A stretch of DNA of 64,000 nt. Source: a virus. Its lineage: Duplodnaviria; Caudoviricetes. The notes beneath the pieces were generated by a model. That model saw nothing but the letters and a program-made list of their open reading frames with translations, searched no databases and was not told the origin of the DNA. The DNA lies in IMG/VR virus record IMGVR_UViG_3300033070_001288, positions 4,841 to 68,840 of that record; one strand, written 5' to 3'. Below are positions 27,595-34,825 of the stretch, one piece after another (position 1 is the first letter of the stretch; every line of letters starts with the position of its first letter). Both the position numbers and the translations under genes were made by a program.

Positions 27595-28318
27595 CGACTA
27601 CCCAGGCGACCACCGAGGTACCGCGCGTAGTTCGTGCGCCCCTGTTCATCGAGTCGTGGAACGGCGTAATCCAGCGCCTGCAGTCGCTGTACTCGAAGCA
27701 GTCGCAGATAACCGCAGACGACATCGCCATCGTTCCCGTGGCCAACCCGTCGGCTCTGCGCCAGATGCTCCAGAGCCAGGCCAAGCCCCTGCAGCTCCCA
27801 GTGATCGGTGTTACGCCCACCAGCGTAGACCCCAACGAGAACAACCTCAACGCCGCCGTCGCTCGCAAGCACGGCGTGTCTTTCTCGATGGACGAAGACG
27901 AGTCGTTCTGGTACGTGCTCAAGGCGCGCCCCGTCGTACTGACCTTCCAGGTCACGATGGTCACCGACGACGTCGTGACGCTGCTGCGCATGGTCGACCG
28001 CTGGGAGAGCAACGAGACGTGGGGGTTCACCCTCGTCGTCCCCGACACGTCGGTGAAGGCCGTGATCAAAGTCGTACCCGACAAGAGCCTCGCGATACCG
28101 CAGAGCGCCCAGTCGCCCGACGGCTCGAACCAGTCGAACTCACGACCAATTTGAAGGTAGAAACGCTGGCGGGCTTCATCTGGCGCGTGCCTACCATCAG
28201 AGCCATCGAACTCACCGCCAACGTCCCGAAGAGCAGCATCCTCGAGGCAATCGAGGACCCGAGCCGCGGGATAGAGGTGATGACGAAAACGCTCACGCAG
28301 TTCGTGCCCAGCACCTAA
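27591..28318 (+). CDS. putative neck/tail-completion protein, apparently frameshifted near 28133
   Basis: Frame of 27591 is protein-like to ..QSPDGSNQ and stops at 28154. The -1 frame continues VELTTNLKVETLAGFIWRVP to 28318. Lies upstream of the sheath. Confidence 0.5.
28143..28155 (+). promoter_or_regulatory. candidate late-promoter motif CGACCAATTTGAA
   Basis: About 175 nt upstream of the 28331-sheath gene run, same orientation. Confidence 0.4.
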
Positions 28319-28330
28319 CAGAGGCCCCGC

Positions 28331-28663
28331 ATGCCCTCACTAGTTATTCGCAACACGGTAGAGCGCGCGGAGCGCCTCCTTCGCCGCCCCGTCAACAGCT
28401 CCGAAGCGTTCTGGAAGATCGAGGCCCTCGAGGAGATCATCCGCGAGCTTGCCCCCGCCGAGCAGCTCGCTCTGCCGGCGGCGTCGCGCGTAGTCGTATC
28501 GTGCGCGGCAGACCAGAACATCGTTCTAGGCTGGACGCAGGGCTCCACGGTAGTCGAGGTAGCGGTGGACCAGCTGGCGGTAGTTACTTCTGCGCTTACG
28601 GGCGCTTTCATCCGCAACGACTCTACCGACCTCACGTCGATAGTGCGCGTTGTATCTTTCTGA
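28331..28663 (+). CDS. hypothetical protein
   Basis: GAGG RBS; in the tail operon. Confidence 0.65.
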   Translation: MPSLVIRNTVERAERLLRRPVNSSEAFWKIEALEEIIRELAPAEQLALPAASRVVVSCAADQNIVLGWTQGSTVVEVAVDQLAVVTSALTGAFIRNDSTDLTSIVRVVSF

Positions 28664-28675
28664 GGAAGAACGCTG

Positions 28676-28948
28676 ATGATTTTCGTCTCCAACCCGCTCG
28701 ACCGCCCCGTCGTCATCCGCTCCTTCTGCGGAGACTCTGTTCAGATACCGGCCAAGACGCGCGGCGTCCAGGTAGCCGACAAGTTCGGCTGGCAGGTTCC
28801 CGCTGGCCTGCTGGTCGAGGAGGGGGAGAAGGACTCCGTCGATCCTACGGCCATCGTGAAGGGCGAGGAGCAGTCTGGCGAGATGATCCGTCCGCCGGCC
28901 GACCCCGAGGCCGCCAAGGCCCTCGAAGCAAAACTCGGCAACAAGTAA
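28676..28948 (+). CDS. hypothetical protein (pre-sheath)
   Basis: GAGGA RBS; small gene directly before the sheath. Confidence 0.65.
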   Translation: MIFVSNPLDRPVVIRSFCGDSVQIPAKTRGVQVADKFGWQVPAGLLVEEGEKDSVDPTAIVKGEEQSGEMIRPPADPEAAKALEAKLGNK

Positions 28949-28992
28949 TCACCGACCGCGCGGCAGCGCCAGCAAATCAGGAGAGATAAGGC

Positions 28993-31239
28993 ATGACTTT
29001 CCGCGTCAGCCCGGGCGTGTACCCGCGCATCATCGATGACAGCATCCAGCCCAACTACACGAACCCGAGCATCGCGGCCGCCGTCGGCGGCGCACGTCGT
29101 GGTCCGCTGGGTCCCCGCTACATCACGAGCTACAAGACTCGCAAGCTACTATACGGCGCGTCGGACCCCAGCTGGGGTCACTTCGTAGACTGCTGCGACG
29201 CCTACCTCTCGGTCGGCCGCAACCTCTACATGAACCGCGTGGTTGCGAGCGACGCCAAGTACGGCCTCGGCCTCGTCTCGAACAACAAGATTGCGGGCGT
29301 GCCGGCCGGCACGAGCTTCACGACGATACCGTCGGGCTCCGACGTCCCCTTCGACCAGGTCAACCGCACGGTCAAGGACATCGAGTTCGTCGGCACGTTC
29401 GTGGCCGGCACCTCCATCGCTTACAGCGTCAACGGAACTTCGGGTACCGTGGCTTTCGCCACGAACCACGAGCAGACGATGACGAACTTGCGGCAGGCGC
29501 TTCAGTCTGCCCTCGACGGCTTGTCGCCGGGCGGCTTCGTGTGGCTCATCCCGCTCGGTTCGCAGCACCAGCAGATTCGCGTCGTTTCGCCGCAGGCCAT
29601 CACGCTCTCGCTCACTGCGACTACTTCGGGCTCGGGCGCTCCTACAGCTGCTGTCCGTGACGCCGACTGGCTGTGCTTCGTCACCTCTCAGAACCCGGGC
29701 AAGTGGTCCGCCAACGATTCGTCGTCCAAGACTCCGGGCGTCGCCGTGGGCATCACGAACGTGGACGTCGGCATCCCCGAGCGCAAGACGATGTCGTTCT
29801 CGCAGGCCCTCGTCACTGGCAACACGTTCGCCATGACGGTGAACGGGCACAATATCAGCGTCGCCTTCGCTACCGACAACAACACCACGCTCAACGCAAT
29901 CGCGGCGGCCTACGTGTCGGCGATGGGCGGCGGCAGCGCGTCGGTGGTAGCCTCGGGATCGGGCGGCAGCGGCAATCGCCAGATCGTGTTCGTGGCACCC
30001 GACGCCGCGACCGCGCTGTCCTTCTCCGCCATCAGCATCACGGGCGGCGTCTCGCAGGCTCTCGTTACCTACACGACTACGCTGAACGCCACGACCTCCA
30101 CCGGTGGCTTCAACTTCGTCGTGTACGAGAACGCCAACTTCGTGCAGCCGGACGAGCTGTTCTCCTGCACCTACAACGACGGCACCGACGGCCTCGGCAA
30201 CCCGACGGGCCTCGGCTACGTTATCAACGACGGCCCGCGCAAGTCTCCTCGCGTGCGCGTTACGGTCAACCCGTTCTTCTCTGGCAAGGTCTACGGCTCC
30301 ACGAGCCCGACCAACTCCAACCTCGATCGCTACCTCGGTGGCGGCCTCGACGGCTCGCTGCCCTCGACGCAGCAGGTCGTTGCGGGTTGGGACGACTTTG
30401 CCAACCCGGAGAAGATCACGGTCCGCATCCTCATCAACTGTGGATACGCGACTCCCGAGGTGCACCAGAAGATGGTGAACCTGGCCACGTCGCGCATGGA
30501 CTGCATCGCCATCCTCGACACGCCCTCTGACCAGCAGGACCCGCAGGATGCGGTGAACTACCGCAACAACGTGATGAACATCGACTCGATGTGGGGTGCG
30601 CTCTATACCCCCGACGTGCTCATCTACGACCAGGTCATGGGTGCTCGGCGCTACGTTCCGCCGAGCGGCCTCGTCGCGGCGCAGTACGCGTACACCGATC
30701 AGGTGGCACGCGAGTGGTTCGCTCCGGCGGGTCTCACGCGCGGTCTCATCAGCCAGGCTCTCGACCTCCGCGTCATCTACGACGAGGGCGACCGCGACCT
30801 GCTGTCGTCGGCTCAGGTCAACGCCATCCGCAAGTTCGGTCCGGCGTTCCCGATCTGGGGCGAGTATACGCTGCAGCAGCAGATGTCTGCTCTGCAGAGC
30901 GTGCCCGTCGTTCGACTGATGATCAAGGTCATCACCGAAGCCGCCAACGTGGTCGCCTACTCGGTGTTCGAGCCGAACAACCCGTTCACCTGGCACCGTA
31001 TTCGCACCCGAGTGAACGCGGTGCTCGACCCGATCGTGCAGGAAGACGGCATCACCGACAAGTACGTGCAGTGCGACGAGACGAACAACACGCCGGACGT
31101 GATCGACCAGCGCGTCTGCAAGGTCGCTATGTGGATCAAGCCCACGCTGTCGATCTTGTACCTCCAGCTAGACGCGATCGTGACTCGCCAGAGTGCAACG
31201 TTCTCCGTCGAAATGGTCGCCGCCAAGAACGCCTACTAA
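28993..31239 (+). CDS. contractile tail sheath protein
   Basis: SPGVYPRIID, SRMDCIAILD, VPPSG, WFAPAGLTRG, VNAIR, IWGEYTL, VFEPNN, CDETNNTPDVID. Confidence 0.95.
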   Translation: MTFRVSPGVYPRIIDDSIQPNYTNPSIAAAVGGARRGPLGPRYITSYKTRKLLYGASDPSWGHFVDCCDAYLSVGRNLYMNRVVASDAKYGLGLVSNNKIAGVPAGTSFTTIPSGSDVPFDQVNRTVKDIEFVGTFVAGTSIAYSVNGTSGTVAFATNHEQTMTNLRQALQSALDGLSPGGFVWLIPLGSQHQQIRVVSPQAITLSLTATTSGSGAPTAAVRDADWLCFVTSQNPGKWSANDSSSKTPGVAVGITNVDVGIPERKTMSFSQALVTGNTFAMTVNGHNISVAFATDNNTTLNAIAAAYVSAMGGGSASVVASGSGGSGNRQIVFVAPDAATALSFSAISITGGVSQALVTYTTTLNATTSTGGFNFVVYENANFVQPDELFSCTYNDGTDGLGNPTGLGYVINDGPRKSPRVRVTVNPFFSGKVYGSTSPTNSNLDRYLGGGLDGSLPSTQQVVAGWDDFANPEKITVRILINCGYATPEVHQKMVNLATSRMDCIAILDTPSDQQDPQDAVNYRNNVMNIDSMWGALYTPDVLIYDQVMGARRYVPPSGLVAAQYAYTDQVAREWFAPAGLTRGLISQALDLRVIYDEGDRDLLSSAQVNAIRKFGPAFPIWGEYTLQQQMSALQSVPVVRLMIKVITEAANVVAYSVFEPNNPFTWHRIRTRVNAVLDPIVQEDGITDKYVQCDETNNTPDVIDQRVCKVAMWIKPTLSILYLQLDAIVTRQSATFSVEMVAAKNAY

Positions 31240-31247
31240 TGCGCGCA

Positions 31248-31290
31248 CGACCAATTTGTCTCCGTAGAAATCTTTTCTACGGAGACAAGC
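31248..31290 (+). promoter_or_regulatory. candidate late promoter overlapping a 15-bp RBS-sequestering hairpin
   Basis: CGACCAATTTGT. Arms TTGTCTCCGTAGAAA (31256-70) and TTTCTACGGAGACAA (31274-88); GGAG lies in the right arm, ATG at 31291. Confidence 0.7.
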
Positions 31291-32199
31291 ATGAGCAAGA
31301 TAGAAATGCGCTGGGGCGTCGAAGGAATAAAATACGGATTCGTTTACAAGTGGCGAGATTCTGGTAAAAAACGCTACTACATCGGGTCTCACTGGGGAAA
31401 GTTTAACGACGGATACGTATGCAGCTCACCTAGCATGCGCGATGCACGCAGACGTCGTCCTCAAGATTTCACCCGCCGCATCCTGGCCGTAGTTACGACT
31501 AACCGACTAGACTTACTCGCCAGAGAGCAGGCGGCGCTCGACAAGATACCTCGTAGCCATTTTGGTACTAGAGCCTACAACGTAAGTACGAAGGTGCATA
31601 AGCCTTGGTGGGCTAAGGGCTCTAGGCTCAAGAGCAAGACGGTCGTCAAGCTAAAGGCTTCTTGGCAGAATGCAGACCGCAGAGAAGAAGCGTCGCGCGC
31701 AGCCAAGCAGCGCAAATACTCTGCAGAGACTCGGGACAAGATGTCGCGATCTGCAAAGAAGAAGTGGCGAGACGAAGAAGTCCGCGCTACCTACGAGGCT
31801 TCTATGAAGGGGCGGAAGCCCTGGAACGCGGGAACTAGCGGCGTAGTCGTAGCGTGGAACAAGGGCACTGATCAACCAGCCCTGACAAAGAAGCATCGCG
31901 CAAAGATTTCTGCCTCACTAGCAGGTAGGCCGCGGTCTGACGAAGCTCGACGTGCTGTAAGCGCCGGTGCCGTAGAGCGGTGGAAGTCTGCAGAGTACCG
32001 CGCCAAGATTTCTGCTTCGCGTGCGGTCGCACGAGCGCGCGGTGAGTGCAAGGTAACACCGAAGCAAGCCGTTCGCATCCGCAGGATGTACGCTTCGGGG
32101 AGATACACGCTAGGCGACCTGTCTGGCAAGTTCGATGTAAGCCGATCTTACGTGCACGGGGTGATACACGATCCTCGGTGGGACGCGGCAATAGGGTAG
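31291..32199 (+). CDS. GIY-YIG homing endonuclease (Seg-like) with NUMOD3-like repeats and C-terminal HTH
   Basis: GFVYKW..YYIGSH..YVCSS..REQ..YN; KGRKPWNAG/AWNKG; KISASLAGRPRS. Confidence 0.88.
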   Translation: MSKIEMRWGVEGIKYGFVYKWRDSGKKRYYIGSHWGKFNDGYVCSSPSMRDARRRRPQDFTRRILAVVTTNRLDLLAREQAALDKIPRSHFGTRAYNVSTKVHKPWWAKGSRLKSKTVVKLKASWQNADRREEASRAAKQRKYSAETRDKMSRSAKKKWRDEEVRATYEASMKGRKPWNAGTSGVVVAWNKGTDQPALTKKHRAKISASLAGRPRSDEARRAVSAGAVERWKSAEYRAKISASRAVARARGECKVTPKQAVRIRRMYASGRYTLGDLSGKFDVSRSYVHGVIHDPRWDAAIG

Positions 32200-32225
32200 A
32201 AACAGGCAACTACACGGAGATAGAG

Positions 32226-32747
32226 ATGCCCGCAGCCAGCTTTTCGCAGATAGACGCGTTGGCCGACGCGCTCGCCACCGACCGCTTCGAGATTCTGCTC
32301 GACCCCCAGGCCATTCAGGGTGCGAACTCGGTCTTGGCCCTGCGCTGTCAGCAGATCGTCGTTCCCGAAGAAATGATCGAGCCGATGCTCCTTCAGATTC
32401 ACGGGATGGAGTTCTCGTACCGCGGTCGCCGCACGTACGACAAGGCAATCGGCGCCTCGTTCGTCGAGTTCACAGACGCGGCGGCGGGCCAGAGCCTGCG
32501 CACGTGGATGCAGAATATCGTCGGCGGCGAGAGCCACAATGGTCAGTCGAAGCGTCAGTACGCCGTACAGGGGACGCTGAACATCTTCGACCAGTCGGGC
32601 GACGTTGCTCTTGCATACCGCCTCGATAACTGCTGGCCCCAGCAGATACCGCAGATTCAGCTCGACGGCACGAACGCCGCGCAGTTCGTCATGCAGACGA
32701 CCTTCACGTTCGACCGCCTGAGCCAGAACGGGGTTACAATAATGTAG
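32226..32747 (+). CDS. tail tube protein (T4 gp19-like)
   Basis: DRFEILL, YRGRRTY..FVEF, LNIFDQSG..YRLDNCWPQQI..LDG..TFTFD; GGAG RBS. Confidence 0.8.
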   Translation: MPAASFSQIDALADALATDRFEILLDPQAIQGANSVLALRCQQIVVPEEMIEPMLLQIHGMEFSYRGRRTYDKAIGASFVEFTDAAAGQSLRTWMQNIVGGESHNGQSKRQYAVQGTLNIFDQSGDVALAYRLDNCWPQQIPQIQLDGTNAAQFVMQTTFTFDRLSQNGVTIM

Positions 32748-32791
32748 CAGAAGTAGCGGTCGTAAAGGTTACGTACTGAGGAGTACTGACC

Positions 32792-33022
32792 GTGGCCGCT
32801 AGTAAGAATCCAGGGTTCTCTCAAGAGTACGTCCGCGCTCGACTTCACTACAATAAGAAGACGGGCGTATTCATCTGGAAGTTCTGCAGAGCTGCGTAGC
32901 GAGGTTGCTTACGCCTATTTATTCTATCCCTGTCAGCATCTTCGTTACGTCGCAGAAAATCCTCCCACCGTCTAGCAAAGCGGAGGCGCGACTATTGCCC
33001 GCAGTTAAGTTCTCTCACATGA
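32792..33022 (+). pseudogene. relic of an HNH(-AP2)-type homing endonuclease
   Basis: GAGGAG-GTG start; SQEYVRARLHYNKKTGVFIWK is a typical HNH_3/AP2 N-terminus. TAG at 32897-99; the same frame continues to ..HRLA.. and a TGA overlapping the next ATG. Confidence 0.55.
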
Positions 33023-33516
33023 ACCAGGACAAGCTAACGCCGGCTCCGGCGTGGCGGTTCTGGGTCACCTTCCCCGACATACCCGGTTCGTCTGTGTCCG
33101 GCGAGACTCTAGGTTTCCTAGTCTCGCGGGTTACTGCTGCGAGCAAGGCAATCGAGATCGAGCCTGTACCCTTCAACGCGGGCACGAGGAACTTTCCCAC
33201 GGGCTGGTCAACCGACGTCCTCACCCTCACGTTCTTCGAGAACATATCCTACGACGTTGCCGTAGCTTTCCGTTCGTGGATCGACAAGGTGATAGACGAC
33301 GACGGCAACTTCGAGCTGCCGGCTAACTACAAGAAGGAGATGAAGCTGGAGGCGCTGGGGTACGACGGCAAGACGCTAGTCACGTACAAGTGGAAAGACT
33401 GCATGCCTCAGAGGCAAGACGGGTACGACTGGGACGGCTCGGCGACGAACCACATCAGCCCTACCCTCATAGTTCACGTGGACACGGCGGTGAAGCCGAC
33501 GTCCGGATCAGCTTAG
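33019..33516 (+). CDS. second tube-like protein (gp19/gp54-like tube initiator)
   Basis: WRFWVTFP, FPTGWSTDVLTLTFFEN, FRSWIDKV, YKWKDCMP. ATG 33019 preferred over TTG 32905. Confidence 0.7.
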   Translation: MNQDKLTPAPAWRFWVTFPDIPGSSVSGETLGFLVSRVTAASKAIEIEPVPFNAGTRNFPTGWSTDVLTLTFFENISYDVAVAFRSWIDKVIDDDGNFELPANYKKEMKLEALGYDGKTLVTYKWKDCMPQRQDGYDWDGSATNHISPTLIVHVDTAVKPTSGSA

Positions 33517-33536
33517 CAGCAAGTGGAGAGTAGCAG

Positions 33537-34649
33537 ATGAGCATGAACAAAGGAATTCGACCGGGTATTCCCGCGGGGGCTCGACCCTCGCGTAGCGGAG
33601 GCCCCAGCCCGTTTGTGGCTGAGCAGATCGAGAAGCGCAAGGCGGCGACCCAGGCGCAGGAGCCCGAGCCCGAAGTGACGCTGACGAAGCGCGTTGATCC
33701 CATGCCCGACGTGACGGCGCAGGCTGCGGCTCTGGCCAATCCGAAGGCACTCGAAGAGACGGCGCCCGACGCACAAGACGTGGCGGCTAGCTCCGAGTTC
33801 GAGCGCGTCGACCTCCCCTCGTCCTACGCGTTCTACGAGTGGTCGGAGCTGTCTCTGCGTCCGCTCGACGTATTCGACCAGGCCAAGCTGGCGCGAGCCG
33901 TGAGGCATCGCAACTGGACGCTGCTCATCGACGTGATGCAGGCTACGTGCAACCGCGACGTGCGCTCGCTGGCAGTTTCCGACTTCTACGCGCTCTGCAT
34001 CTGGCACAAGCACTCGTCGTACCTCGCGGGGCGCTCGCGCATCAGCTACGTGTCGATGTACGGCAACCGCATCAACGGCGCCAACCCGTCGGCGATCAAG
34101 ATCAAAGACAAGAAGCTGGAGAAGACGCGCGCCGACTACCTCGAAGCCGTGAGCCACGGGTTCTCTATCTCGACGATGCGAGACCTCGAGACTATCAACG
34201 CCAACGAATTGGACGAGGACCTGCTGTTCCTGTTCGAGAAGGCGCAGTACGTCAGCCTCGAAGGACTAGACGCTCGCATCGCCGAGCTGTCTAAGGCCGG
34301 AGATCGCTGCGCTTCGATAACCGCTCGCATCGAAGAACTCGCGCGGCGCCAGAAGGCAGAGGGTCTGTCCCAAGTGTTCGAGGCGACCGAGGCGTTCGAG
34401 AACGACTTTGCGGCGTTCGGCATCGAAGAGGTCGCGGTGGTCAAGGACACGAAGTTCGAGGCCAAGGCGGCGCTCGACTACCTGAACACCGTCATAGACG
34501 CGAGTGACAGCGATGCCCCTCGTTACGAAGAGTTCGTGGCGGAGCGTGACCGCATCTCGGAAGCCATCAAGGCCGGCGTCGCGGTCGAGGCCAAGGTCGA
34601 GGAGGTGCCACTGACGTTTGATCAGTGGACGATGTTTCCCCATACTTGA
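33537..34649 (+). CDS. tail assembly chaperone / baseplate hub protein (T4 gp26/gp51-like)
   Basis: VDLPS..Y....LRPLDV.DQ..L...DVRSLAVSDFYAL pattern; lies between tube and tape-measure-like genes. Confidence 0.55.
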   Translation: MSMNKGIRPGIPAGARPSRSGGPSPFVAEQIEKRKAATQAQEPEPEVTLTKRVDPMPDVTAQAAALANPKALEETAPDAQDVAASSEFERVDLPSSYAFYEWSELSLRPLDVFDQAKLARAVRHRNWTLLIDVMQATCNRDVRSLAVSDFYALCIWHKHSSYLAGRSRISYVSMYGNRINGANPSAIKIKDKKLEKTRADYLEAVSHGFSISTMRDLETINANELDEDLLFLFEKAQYVSLEGLDARIAELSKAGDRCASITARIEELARRQKAEGLSQVFEATEAFENDFAAFGIEEVAVVKDTKFEAKAALDYLNTVIDASDSDAPRYEEFVAERDRISEAIKAGVAVEAKVEEVPLTFDQWTMFPHT

Positions 34650-34821
34650 TCTGGAGCAGCAGCTGTACCGCATGTACAACTTGGGAATGCACACGAGCTT
34701 GCCGCAGGCAGACGTACCGTTCGCGTGGGTTCTCAAGTGGTCGAGGCTCCTAGAAGAAGACTTGACCGAGCAGCGGCTCCGGAACATGGTAGCCGCTACC
34801 GGCGGTAGAAAGAAGAGGTAA
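34618..34821 (+). CDS. small post-chaperone ORF (GT-like extension), possibly reached by a +1 frameshift
   Basis: ILDLEQQLYRMYNLG..WSRLLEEDL; no well-placed RBS/start; overlaps the TTTCCCC at the end of the previous gene. Confidence 0.5.
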   Translation: MISGRCFPILDLEQQLYRMYNLGMHTSLPQADVPFAWVLKWSRLLEEDLTEQRLRNMVAATGGRKKR

Positions 34822-34825
34822 CTGC

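Noticed and set aside
21621-30996. Long antisense or alternate-frame ORFs (21621-23609, 23941-25881, 29149-30996; likewise 848-1984, 9623-11035)
   Set aside because: Shadows of GC3-biased genes: low-complexity Arg/Gly/Val translations, no RBS, fully overlapping well-supported genes.
31291-32232. 5'-end duplication between the Seg-like HEG (AGATAGAAATGCGC) and the tube gene start (AGATAGAGATGCCC)
   Set aside because: Only 12 of 14 nt match and there is no shared peptide after the Met; too short to separate from chance, unlike the 39142 and 41426 cases.
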